Position numbers and translations under genes: made by a program. The notes beneath the pieces are model-generated. The model ran no database searches. It was not told the origin of the DNA and saw nothing but the letters and a program-made list of their open reading frames with translations. A DNA stretch of 64,000 nucleotides from the human T2T-CHM13v2.0 reference genome, Homo sapiens. The stretch lies in assembly GCF_009914755.1 (NCBI RefSeq), contig NC_060937.1; one strand, given 5' to 3'. Positions 26,598 through 39,114 of the stretch are shown here, in pieces; within the stretch, counting starts at the first letter, position 1, and each line of letters begins with the position of its first letter.

Positions 26598-26958
26598 AGT
26601 GAAATGCAAATAGAAGCCACGATGCAATACCACCTTACTCTTGCAAAAATGGCCATAATCGAAAAAGCAAAAAACAGTGATGGTGGCGTGGATACGGTCA
26701 TCAGAACCTTTCTACACTGCGGTGGAAATGTAAACTAGTACAACCACTATGGAAAACAGTGTGGCTATTCCTTACAGAACTAAAAGTAGAACTACCATTT
26801 GATCCAGCAATCACACTACTGGGTATCCACTCAGAGGAAAAGAAGTCATTATTTGAAAAAGATATTTGCACACACGTGTTTATGGCGGCACAATTCACAA
26901 TAGCAAAATTGTGGAACCAACCCAAATGCCCATCAATCAATGAGAGGATAAAGAAACT

Positions 26959-27040
<82 letters not shown>

Positions 27041-27500
27041 TATGTATAGGTATATGTGTATGTATAGGTATACATACATACCTATATGATGTACATACAT
27101 ATATATGATATACATACATATATAAATATGTATATATCATATATATGATGAAATACTGTGCAGCCATAGAAAGGAATGAATTAACAGCATTTGCAGTTAT
27201 GTGGATGAGATTGAAGACTATTATTCTAAGTGAAGTAATTCAGGAGTGGAAAACCAAACATCATATGTTCCCACTGATAGGTGGAAGCTAAGCTATGAGG
27301 ATGCAAAGGCATAAGCATCATACAATAGATTTGGGGGACTTGCGGGGAGGAACAGGAGGGAGCAAGGGATAAAAGACTACAAATCTGGTGCAGTGTATAC
27401 TGCTCTGGTGATAATTGCACAGAAATCTCACAAATCACCACTAATGAACTAACTCACGTAACCAAATACCACCTGTACCCCAATAACTTACAGACAATTT
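26598..27500 (+). mobile_element. 5'-truncated L1PB1-like element (ORF2 end plus 3'UTR)
   Basis: ORF 26759-26962 reads [17 protein letters not shown]...WNQPKCPS (L1 ORF2 C-terminus); 3'UTR GCTAAGCTATGAGGATGCAAAGGCATAAG...AAATCTCACAAATCACCACTAA. Confidence 0.9.
26962..27146. repeat. (TA)n(CA)n plus degenerate TATAC repeat inside the L1PB element
   Basis: Directly visible. Confidence 0.95.
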
Positions 27501-27559
27501 TTTTAAAGTTATCCAAACTTGTACTGTGAAGTCATGGGTGTAATCCCATTGTAATTCCT

Positions 27560-28575
27560 GGAGTAGAACAGGGACTACCACCATTAAGATTCATCTCCTC
27601 TACCAATCTCAAAGGAAAAAAAGCATTATTCTGCAAGGGAAAGTGTATTCAAGTGGTAGTTGGAGGGCACTGGTGGAAAGCAACTAGAGCTAAGGGAGGA
27701 AGGAGAAGAAAAAAAATTTAGACAGTACACATTGGGGGAAGGACAAGCATATAGGTTAGGCCCTGAATTATGTCTGAAGATTTGGAAGAAATATTTGTGA
27801 AGTTAACTTCTAAAACCTAGGCTTATAGTGCATGGGTTAGACTGAGTCGACTTAAAGATCAAAAATAGTTGCCCCCTTTCTCACTTTCCCCTATCACATG
27901 AATATGCATTGAGTAAAAATAATGATAGAGTACAATTGGAAGAGTTATAAAAGGCATCCTCTCCCTGGAGACCATCACAAAGTGAGATCCAAAGCCAAAT
28001 GGGGCTGATAAAAACAAGGTATCACTAGAAAATTTGAAGTCTCTAATGTCCATAGCAAAAGCAAATTTCGAATATGTCAATAATAGCAACAACATCTTAA
28101 ACACTGAAGCTCAATTTCTGACAAGGTTAATACAAACCTACAAACTAAAGACCCAGTAGAAGGAAAGGGTTACCTTTAAGGGTTTAAAACAAACAAATAA
28201 ACTTTTGGTTTTACATATCCTATTCAGCATTTCTAGCATTCATAAAAAAATACAATTAATAAAAAAGAAAAAAAGCAGTCTGAAAAGACAATCATAACCA
28301 GACTCAAATATGACACTGATGTTAAAAATATCAGACAAGAGATTTGAAATAACCATGATTAATGTGTTAGAGATTATAATGGAAAAGATAGACAAAATGC
28401 AAGATCAGATAATTTTAGCAGAGGTATGAAAATTAAGAAAAAGAATGAAAAATGATGGAAATCAGTAGAACAGTTAGATAAATAAAGATTGATTGCCTTT
28501 GATGTGCTCATCAGTATCTAAGACGAACCTGAAGAAATTATTTGTAAGCTTGAAAATAGGTCAATATAAAATATG
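27560..28575 (+). mobile_element. Old L1M (L1MC/MD-like) 5'UTR/ORF1-start fragment
   Basis: ACCAGACTCAAATATGACACTGATGTTAAAAATATCAGACAAGAGATTTGAAATAACCATGATTAATGTGTTA...GAAAAGATAGACAAAATGCAAGATCAGAT...CTTGAAAATAGGTCAATA; left boundary uncertain. Confidence 0.65.
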
Positions 28576-29589
28576 AAATGTAAGCTTTCTTTTTAAAACT
28601 CATGTTGAAATTAATCTTTGACATTTTCAGGTACTTTTAATATCTTCAGTTAAAATGTCAAGAGTGAGTCTAATAAAAAACCACTTATTCTTGTTGGTAT
28701 ATTTAATTATTTTAAATGAAATCAATTGCCCTTTACTCTGACATATGATCTTGAAACAAGTTTTGAAAGAAGTGGTTTCTCTGAAGCTCAATTAAATCAT
28801 AGTATTATCAAGCTTGGTAATATAAATATAAGTATCCAGTTTAGATGCACTGGGAGTGGATTTCATGGCTATAAATAATTACTAGCCTACATTCTCATCA
28901 CTACTTCAGTAGAGCCATTCCATAATTATCCCTACCATTCTTTTAGCATTCCTTCCATCTATGTGCCTAGCATAGTTAGGTAGTGTTTACATTATTCTTT
29001 ATTTTTACTCTCAGCAAATACGAAATATTTTTCAGAAGAGAAAATTGCAGTACTATTACATACAGTTGCAAATAGCTAAGCCAGGGTTTGATAGTTATCT
29101 GAGAGTTCAATAACTATTTCCCTAACAATACTTTCCAGATAGAAACTAAATCTAGTCTAAAATGATGAACCAGAATATATGTTAGTTAATTATTTTTGTC
29201 AAAGTTCTAGTCAAGACAATTGTAATAAATGGATTGCCTCTGTTTTAGTTGCATTTATTCAGCACACACAGATTTAGTTAAATAGAATGTAAACTAACTG
29301 CGTTCTAGTTCATTAGAAATATAATTAGGAGAAGGAGCATATGGGGGAAAACGAAAGGAACAAACACTGGTAGTTAAAAGCTAAAAAATAAGTGAGACAT
29401 CCCTAAAAGATGAATTAAAACAGAGGCAATCATTTTAAAGGTTGAATAAACTATAAATATTTTCATCATTTTAAATAAGCAGTGGTAAGGAAGAAAATGT
29501 ATTTTTTATTTTCAGAAATATCTAGAAATTCAAACTAATTAGAGGAAGCATTCATTTTTCCTTTTAGTAATTCACCTATAAAAGTAATA

Positions 29590-29830
29590 GTATGGTATTT
29601 TGAAAAGATGATCAGTTTTGGAATTAAATCTATCTCTGCTTACATCCCAACTGTGCCATTTATTGTTTTAGCTGTGGGATAGACAGTGAGCTAGCTATTT
29701 AAGCATTTGTAGCATAAGTTTAATCATCTTTGAAACGGGCATAATATCAGCTCCATTAATGTCATCCCATCTCCAGTAGATTTGTTGTGAGATTAAATGA
29801 GGTATTAGATGCATGGAAATCACCTGACTT
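29590..29830 (+). mobile_element. MIR SINE
   Basis: ATCCCAACTGTGCCATTTATT...CATCTTTGAAACGGGCATAATA...TTGTTGTGAGATTAAATGAG. Confidence 0.6.
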
Positions 29831-30151
29831 CAGACCTGTCTCTTCTTAATTAATTAATGTTATCATACTTATGGCTCAAAATAACTTGTATGGTAAAAAT
29901 TCTTAAAAATGTTATGATTATAAATTTAATATTTTAAAATATATTAAAATTACTTCCAAAATATTTTTTGTCAGAACTGTGCATGCATTTCAATACTTGT
30001 AACAATGCAAATGTACTTATCACTATTTACTCCCATGTAATTTATGAGAATTGTTTACATAATTTAGGAAAAAATATCTTTATTCCACAAAAGGCAAACA
30101 TGTATTACTTTTCTTTAATAGAATGGAGAATGGATTAAGAATTAAGTGAAA

Positions 30152-30153
30152 TA

Positions 30154-30216
<63 letters not shown>
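30152..30216. repeat. (TG)n(TA)n microsatellite
   Basis: Directly visible. Confidence 0.97.
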
Positions 30217-30218
<2 letters not shown>

Positions 30219-32789
30219 CTATAAAACTTTAATTTCTTGAAAGTCTAACCCAGGCATGAGAGATACAAATCATAATACAACATGATGTTCGAGGTGGTAA
30301 TATCACTTTAAAGAGCCATTTGTAAGTATATTTCAAATGTACTTCGGATTGACTTAATTTATAATTACTGATTATTACTCTAATTTATCTATAATTGCTA
30401 TAATTACTTTATCATAATTAGGGCACCAAAGGCCCAATTAAAGTCCCAATTAAGGGCTAAGATTGGATGACTCCCAAATTTTTATTTGAGACTGAAGAAA
30501 AGGGCTAAAAGTAGGCAACTTAAAATGGTTGCTATGACATCAAGGGCTTCTTTCAGGTTAAAATAATAAAGAGCGTAAATAAATTTAGCAATAATTCAAG
30601 TAGAATTACAATGGCATCATATTTACCTTTCTGTTTTATGGCATAGATATCTTAAAAGTAACAATTTTCTATTTTTTTCTCTGTTCTGTTTCATTAATTG
30701 GAAAATATTTAACAAAGCGATATTTACTTATTTTGATTTCTGATGTTAACATTTTCAGGCGTACTTATAGGCTTTCTTAACTTTTCTCTTAAGTCATACT
30801 CTTAGTGGCTTTGTGTTAGTATAACTGTTATTCTTCAAAATATGATTTATTTTATGATTTAAAGTTCCAAATAATGGAATCCATCTATTTGAATTTTACT
30901 TTGTTTCTGTAAATTTGCTCCAATCATTAGAGGTATTCTCTATTATGTACCAGGTTACAAGGGGCACTGAAATTTTAAAATAACTGAACGAAACCAAAAT
31001 ATCCTTCCTTGTCAGTTTTTAGTGGTCCTTATCAACAAAATTAAAATTAAGAATAAACGTAAAGTCAGTATTTACTACAGTATACTTCTATTGCTGCAAG
31101 CTGTTTCCAGTAGCCTTACTTGTAGAAACCTCTGAAACAGCATTATCTAATTATCAAAAAAAAAAAAAAAAATTGGACAGCCCAGGATTTGATGACAGAA
31201 TCAGAGCCTTTCCCCCACTGCTTTTTAAAAACTGTAGATAAGCTCATTTTGTGAATAAAGAAGATAATAAAACTGAGCTCAAATTGGTCACTAATCAAAT
31301 GCCTTATAGAAAAGGGATAACATACCTGCATCTTTTTAACTAGTTTAAATGTAGCATATTCAATTTAACTGGATTTCATCACCATAAGTGGAAATCACAT
31401 GTGAGCTTAAGAGGAATTCACTTGGCTCACACCAAAGCATTCATCCACAATGAGGACTGAATCAAGTGCTGAGTAACTGATCTTTGTTCCATTTCTCATA
31501 TTCATGCTGTCAGGTTCCAGTCTTATAAGCTAGGAAGATTCACATAACTGATCTGATTCACATTAATGATCTGGTACCCGATTCCATTTTTAGCAGTGAT
31601 AAGATATATATTTCATCAGTGAATATCTGAGCCCAAGGCCATGCTTATCATTATGTTTTCACTAGTGGATAAAAAATGAATGAATTTAACCATGGAAAAT
31701 TTAAGTTCCATAATTCATTGTAACTAATTTACTCATTTTATTAACGAATGGAATTTTGAGTAGTAGAATATAATGTTTCAGATCCTAGCTGCTGGACTCA
31801 AACTCCCTTGGTTTGAAGATAATTAAAAATTATAAAACATTAGAAAAGTACTTTAATTACTGTGTTCTACAAATTCATTTGCAAATAGGAGTAAAATTAG
31901 CACTCACTTCCTAATTATTGTGTATAATAAATATTACATATATGTAAAACACTTAAAACTGCCTGAAATTTTGCACATTATATATAATGATTACTGTTGC
32001 TCCTATTTATTATTATAATTAACACTGCATATAAATACACTTTTAGAGGTGTTTGAATTATAATGCCAAGTATATGGTGGATGAAAGAAGAGATAGTTGA
32101 TGTAATAATAAATGATGAAGTTCATGAAGGGAACAAAACTTGTGTCCAACACTAAATAGTCATCCTGCTCTAAGAGGTGTTTTGTATTAGCAAATAACTT
32201 TGAGGAAAAGAAAAGTGAGCTAAGCACACAAATAATATTTTTCTTAACATGACTATTATCAAGTTAGAAGTGAATTGTGGCTCAATTCTGGGAAGCAAGA
32301 AAGAGGTGTGAGCAAGAAAGCTAAAAGGATTCAACCAACAATAATTTCCAAGGGTTCATACTGAAAAACATAAGCCAGCAACATCCCCTGTCTTTACACA
32401 GATTCTATATGAAAAGAGTTAAGATATTAAGAACTGTCCAGCAAGATGTTATGTTTGCATAAAAAATTATATTGCTTGAATTCCCAAGTACATGTATTAC
32501 AAAAAAAATTACAGTAAAATAAAATCTATCTAAATACAGAATTCAAAAATAATAATAGATAATTGTTTTCAAGTCTATATTTTTGTTAAGGACTGTGATA
32601 AGCATGTTACATGCATTAATTCACTTATTTATCTCTAAAAGCCTGTGCAGTAGATTACTAAAATTAGTCTTGAATCAAATTTATTGACACGATTTACATA
32701 TGATAAAATTCCCTATTTTAAGTTCAGAGTTCAATGAAATATAAAAAGTATATACCTTTAACTAACCAACACTACTAAGATATTGTACT

Positions 32790-32995
32790 TTAATATACTA
32801 GCAATAAAATATAAAATTTAAATTTAAAAATAAACTTAACAGCATTCAAAGTATAAAATATTTAGTGATAACTAAATATGCATACTCAGTACAACGAAAA
32901 TTACAAAACGTTGCTACAAAAACAAAAGCAAGCATAATAATAAATTAAGTTATATATACCACGCTCATGGACCAGAGAAATCCATATTGTTACAT
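32790..32995 (+). mobile_element. Old L1M ORF2 fragment
   Basis: ATATACTAGCAATAAA...GAAAATTACAAAACGTTGCT...ATATACCACGCTCATGGACCAGAGAAATCCATATTGTTA. Confidence 0.6.
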
Positions 32996-34935
32996 TCCTG
33001 TGCTTAAATCTGACAAACTAGTACCATTTTGGTCAAAGGTAGAAATGAATCATTAAAAAGAAATTATTACTGTATAGATGGAATGGGCCCCTGTGCCTAA
33101 ATGGCCCCATTGATTGATCAATATTTTTATATGATTTCAGGCAGCTTTAGGATAATTTTCTAGCACTGTACTGTCCAATATTTTAGCCTCATTGAGACAC
33201 AGTTATTATTTTCTATCAGTGCCTTAGACAGTACATGGTAAATGTCACTTTGAAGAACTTGTTTAGCACTTCAGTCCACTAGTCCACGTCATTTGCATTT
33301 CTGCTGCAGTTCTGAGAGCTATAACCACACGTTTAAAAATGAGTCCCAAAGATAACATACCTCATTTGATGCCTACTATACCACAAAAGCAGAGAGCTGC
33401 TTTGTTACTGGTTACTGGTGAAATATTAAATTGCTGAGCAAGCCTAATTTTAACATATATTTATTGCAATGGTTAAGAAGTCTTATTTTTATTAAAAGCA
33501 AAATTTTAATCTAATACTAAAATTGATTTTTGAGTATGAACCTAAAGCAGACTTAACAAGATTCCATTTAATGTGCAGCTATAATATCTAAATGTTACAC
33601 ATAGTTTTTTCATATTGTAGGAAATGCATGAAAAATTATTAGTGATAGGAAAAAAGACCTCTGGGACCTTATATGTCAGTTATAAAAGACAGATTGTTAA
33701 AACTATAAATTTATCTCTCGTGGAACTGACATCCAAGGTTCCAGAGCCTTTTTCCCTTCACTGAGGATTTTTTACGTAATTCCTACAGCATACTGTATTC
33801 CATCCTTTACAACAAATGTTCAACCATTCACATAAGAGAGCCAGCCAGACACCTTGCCTACTACCAACAAATAAGAGAAATTAGATGTGAAGTCATAAAG
33901 TAATACATCTTTGGATTTTTTTAAGGACTTAATTACAAAGAAACTCATTTGTTATGTTAATGCATGAAAGACTGGGAACTTGCCATGTATCTCATTAAAA
34001 AAAATAATGCAATGATTTAAAATGATTTTTGTTTAGCAAAACTCACATGAGCTAGTTAGCTCTTAATAATTTCAACAAATATTTTATGGTTTTGTACTGA
34101 TAATCAATAAATTAAAATTTTGAAGTTTAAATATGATTAATACAACTATAGGTCTCCACAATGATATAACAGATAAAATCAGCAATGATTTTTAATTTTT
34201 ATTATAATCATCACCACTGAAGATTTGTCAACCAATTTCGGTAGGGAAATCCACCATTAGGGTACTCAGTATTGTATTCTTTTCATTTAATAAAATATGG
34301 TATTTAATTCTCCATTGAGATGATCCAACATTTGCATTGTGTATTTATGGGCAGCCCTGGGCTTATTCACTAAGGAAGTTTTTAACATGGAGAATACATA
34401 TAGCTTTAAAAGTCATATTCATTAATTATAATAAAATATGCTTAATGACTTCTTTGCATATTTATCTGTGGTTTTATACGATATCTGGAATATTTCAGAA
34501 GTATTTTATTCTGACTACTGAAGTCTAAACTCTGTTGATTTTAGTCCTATCATTCTGATATTTTAGTTTCATGCCCCTAAAGCAAATTCCCTTTTTCTTA
34601 CTCCTGTGCTCAAAAAAAAAAAAAAAAACACAACCCTGAAAACCTGAACTTTAATGGGGTACATGCAAATGATCTGTCCCTCAATCCAAAATATATTTCA
34701 AAGTGGCAAGGTGTATGCTTACTTTGCATGTGACCTTTTTCTAATGAAAAGTATTGACTGTTATTTCTTCCAATTCTATCTATTGTTTCATAGGAGAATG
34801 ATGTGTTGAGTAAATCTTCTGGTCTCTAATGGTAACACCGAAAAACAACAGACATTTAACACACAGAAAAAAACTATTAAGCACTATCATTTCTAGTGTT
34901 TTCATGAGGAGAAAATCTCACTTTTAATACAGGTA

Positions 34936-35050
34936 CAGCAGGTCCTTGAATAACATTGTTTTCTTATAGTGTTGATGAAAAAAATCAACCTCTATCTGTG
35001 GTCACTGCTTGTGTGGAGTTTGCACATTGTTGGCACGTTTGGCTGTGCGC
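34936..35050 (+). mobile_element. MER6-like TcMar-Tigger DNA transposon end
   Basis: TA|CAGCAGGTCCTTGAATAACATTGTTT...GTTGATGAAAAAAATC...GTGTGGAGTTTGCAC; only one terminus seen. Confidence 0.75.
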
Positions 35051-35439
35051 AGTGGCAGGACTCCATGCTTGCTCGCTCGCTCACACAACCCTCTCCACTC
35101 TGCTCACTTTACTTTTTCAAAGTAAAGATGAAATAAATTATATACACCATTAGCAGATTAATGCATATAAGATGCTGTACTCTTAGGTGTGCTTCAATCC
35201 ATTTTCTCGTATTATTTTCCTAAATATCCTCAAGTTCCAGACACTTTTACAAATTATGATGAGGTTTGGTTTCGTGGTCTTTGTGACATGCTTGAATTAT
35301 ATTTTTGATCACTTTTTCGTTTTCTGTCATAACAAGATATGTATGTCAGGGTCTTCTGCACCTACCCTCTCTCAGACTGGACTAAGCCATTTTCCCAGGA
35401 TATCTGGTATAATCACTCACTTTTCAAGCAAGTATTTTG

Positions 35440-35580
35440 GGCCAGGTGCTGTGATTCATGCCTGTAATTGGAGCACTTTAGGAGGCTGAGGCAGGTGGAT
35501 CCCTTGAGGCCAGGAGTTCAAGACCAACCTGGGAAACATTGCCAGACCTAATCTCTACCCAAAATAATAATAATAATAAT
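35440..35580 (+). mobile_element. FLAM (free left Alu monomer) with (TAA)n tail
   Basis: GGCCAGGTGCTGTGATTCATGCCTGTAAT...TTGAGGCCAGGAGTTCAAGACCAACCTGGGAAACAT; single monomer; TSD-like AAGTATTTTG / AAAGATTTTG. Confidence 0.85.
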
Positions 35581-36079
35581 AAAGATTTTGCTCACAATAA
35601 TTTTTCAAACCACCATTTATTTGTGGGTAATAATATCCCACCCAGACAGAATGGAGGATGGTATAATAAAATAACATAATTAATGAGGTTTGTCTTACAT
35701 GATAGAATAATACAATGACATGAAAGTCTCCTAAAACTGGAATTTTAACTCTATGGGCAAAGTGAGTACCCAGAGATGATCAATAGCTCCAGATACAAAA
35801 ATTCAACTTGATGGTTCTAATTTAGAATTGAAAGGTGGGTAAATTTTCTTCTGATTTGTAGGATAAAAGGAATTAATAAAAATTTGATTAACAGGTTATG
35901 AGTTGGGAACAATTTTATATAATGCTGTTATTCTTTTTGACTTCCCTTAATTAAATTGCACTTCTAAATTTGGAAACTTCTGATTTTACAAATATTGCTA
36001 GAAGGCAGAACTTGTGTCCCATAAATAGGTTGAACATGTCAAATATTCATGACATTGATGATCAAAATCATAACTTTAT

Positions 36080-36295
36080 GATAATGATAATCTTGTTAAG
36101 AAACTAATACTAATTTAGCTCTTCTTGTCGGCACTTGTCTAAGAATTTTATGATAATTAACGAATTGAATCTTCCATACAACATTTTTAGGTAAGTACAG
36201 TATTATTTCCATTTTTGTGGTGAATAAAGTAAGGCATAACGAGTAACTAACTCTCCCAAGACACAGAGCTTATAAACAGTAAATCCAAGATCTCA
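36080..36295 (-). mobile_element. MIR SINE
   Basis: TAGGTAAGTACAGTATTATTTCCATTTTTGTGGTGAATAAAGTAAGGCATA...AACTCTCCCAAGACACAGAGCT. Confidence 0.65.
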
Positions 36296-36354
36296 GGAAA
36301 ATCTCTTAATTTGTGTGCATTGCTGTTATCAAAAAATTACTTTTTTACCTCTTT

Positions 36355-36505
36355 ACAACTAGGATGTTGGCTCCACCAATCAGATATTAATCATGGATTT
36401 TTATTTAGAAGTTAGTGAGAAAGGGAAACAGAATAATAACAAATATTCTCTGTTGAAGGATGGTTAAGTTCCCAGGACAGAAGTGGCTCTGGTGGCAGTG
36501 CCATG
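36355..36505. mobile_element. Possible ERVL LTR (LTR16/LTR33-like) fragment
   Basis: ACAACTAGGATG...CTCCACCAATCAGAT...GGCTCTGGTGGCAGTG; lies directly upstream of an ERVL internal fragment. Confidence 0.4.
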
Positions 36506-36689
36506 ATAAGTAAAATGGTTTGATTCATAAATGTATCTTTTAGAGATAAAAGTATTTATGGAATATTAAATAATAAAATTGTGTATGGTACACTAAAGTC
36601 TAACTTGATTTATATAAATGCAATCATTCTTGATCTGGCAAACTGAATTCAAATTTTATACACTATTATAAGGTGACAGTACTTTGCCA

Positions 36690-37070
36690 AACTCCAGACA
36701 TCATTAATAGATTCCCAGCCCCTATAAATGGGAGGACAAATACCCTTGAGGAAGGCATGTAAAGTTGGTCATTAGCACAATCTGTGAATCATCTATTAGC
36801 TTTCCTCAAAGGGATCTACATCAGAAAAAGAAAAATAGCCAGACCTTATGAAGGTTTTTGTAAAACACTTCCCATGGATCTTGAATGCCACTGCAGTTCA
36901 TCAGGAGGAGTAGTCTTTGATGGAGAGTGGGTGATAAATAGACTTTTAACATAAGTTCTACTTTAGGTAAGATACCGTGAGAGACACACAATGTAGTCAT
37001 TTCTGAAGTTCTTGTGTGTGCTATTAGATGAAGTATACTCAGAAACTACTACAACTCCTGTATTGGTGTC
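36690..37070 (+). mobile_element. ERVL internal gag-end/protease fragment, degenerate
   Basis: Decayed ERVL motifs in order: GGQIPLRK (GGAGGACAAATACCCTTGAGGAAG), PQRDL, SQT..GF, CHC, VIN, VVIS..., ILRN, then IG. Confidence 0.7.
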
Positions 37071-37071
37071 C

Positions 37072-39105
37072 ATTTTGCCCAGAACAATTTTTTAAAAAGA
37101 CTTTTCTTTCTTCTGACTTACCTTTGCACCTCTCCCAAAGATCAACTTACTATATTTGTGTGAGACTAAATTTTATTACTTTGGCTTATAGTAAGGTTTG
37201 AAGTCAGGTAGTCTGTATCCTCCAACTTTATTGTTCTTCGGTATTGTATTGATACTTCTAAGTCTTTTGCTGTCCCCCACAAACATTAGAATCAGTTTGT
37301 CAATATCTTTAAAATAGCTTACAGGGATTTTGATTGAAGTGACATTGAGTCAATAAAGTGGAAAAGAATGACATCTTAAAAATATGTAGCCTTCCAATTT
37401 ACGAACATAGACTATCTCTCCATTTATTTGACCTTTTTTCTCAAGATTTGTAGTGTTCAGTCTACAGATTTTATATGCATTTGATTAGATTTATAACTAA
37501 GTATTTTATATTTTGATGCTAATCAAATATTTAAAAAATTTTATTTTCCGAATGTTTATTACTGGTTTGTAGAAAAGTAATTGACTTTTGTATATTAGCC
37601 TTATGATTTCTGACTTTGCTATTCTTGCTTCTTTGTTCTAGGAGATTTTCTTTTTCATTATTCTTTGAGATTTTTCTACATAGATAATCATTTCACCTGT
37701 TAATAGAAAGAATTTTATTGCTTCCTTTTTAATCTCTTGGTTTCCTTTTCTTGTCTTATTGGACTGGCTAGTACTTCCAATTCAGTGTTGAATAGGAATG
37801 ATGAGAAATGTATTTTTACATTGTTTCTGATCTTAGAGAAATGCATTCTTCTTTTCACCTTTACGTATCAAGTTAGTGTGGGTTCCTACAGATGTTATCT
37901 ATCAAATTGAATAATTTCCCCTATATTCCTAGTGTGAAACTCCTAGAGAGTTTGTTTTATTTCTTTCTGCAGGGGTTTTGGAATTGATTAACTGCTTCAT
38001 AGGCATCAATTGATATGGTCATATAATTATGCTGGTATGGCAAGTGACATGGATTGACTGTTCCATAATGAACCAGCCATCCATAAGTTGGACAATTCCC
38101 ATTGGATTGTTATATATAATTCTTTTTATACATTGCTTGATTCTATTAGTTAATGTTTTGTTGACTTTTTTCCACATCTAAACTCAAGACATGTAGGTTG
38201 TAGTTTTCCTTCCTTGTAATGTCTTTACCTTATTTAGGTATTAGAGTAATATTATAGTAATGCTGGTAACATAGAACAAGCTAAAAAGAGTTCCTTTTGT
38301 TTTTATTTTGTGAAAACAATTGTAGAGTATTAGTATTACTTAGTTCTTAAATGTTTGGTAGAATTTACCAGTAAAACCATCAGAAAATGATATTTTCTTT
38401 TACAGAGATTATTCTTGACTCAATATTTTTAAAAACATAGGCCTATTAATATAATGATTTTCCTTGTGTACAATTTGATAGTGTTATCTTTGAGGAATTT
38501 GCTCATGTTTTCCTAAGTTATCAAATTTGAAGGCATACAATAGTTTATACTCTTCCTTTAATATTCCTGTAATGTCCATGGGATCAGTCGTGATGACCCT
38601 TTACAATTTCTGCTATTAGTAAGTAAGATCCTCATTTTTTTGTTAATCTAACTAAAGGTTTAGCAATTTTAGTCATCTTGTCAAGGGACTGGTTCTTTGT
38701 TTTGTAATTTTTCTCTATTGTTTTGTTCATTTCAAATTTTATTAGTCTACTCATATTTATAATTTCTTTTCCTCTACATGCTTTAGGTTTATATTTCTCT
38801 TCTTTCTCTAGTGTTCTAAAATAGAAGCTTAAGTAATTGATTTCAGGTCTTTCTTATTTTGCAAGATATGCATTTAATGCTATACATTTCCCTCTGGGTA
38901 CTGCTTTAGCTGCATACAAGTAGTTTTACAGTTTGTATTTTTAATTTTATTTAGTTAAAATATTTTTAACTTTCTTTTGGGACTTCTTTAACTTATAAGT
39001 TATTTATTAGGCTTCTATCAATTTTCCAAATAGTTTGAGATTTCCAACTATCTTTTGTTATTGATTTCTAAATTTAGTTTTATAAAGATTTGAGAATATG
39101 CTTTT
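37072..39105 (-). mobile_element. Old L1M (L1MB/MC-like) ORF2 fragment
   Basis: T-rich antisense L1: TTAGAATCAGTTTGTCAATATC, GGGATTTTGATTGAAGTGACATTGA, TTGGTAGAATTTACCAGTAAAACCATC, CATTTAATGCTATACATTTCCCTCT. Confidence 0.85.
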
Positions 39106-39114
39106 CTCTTTTCC

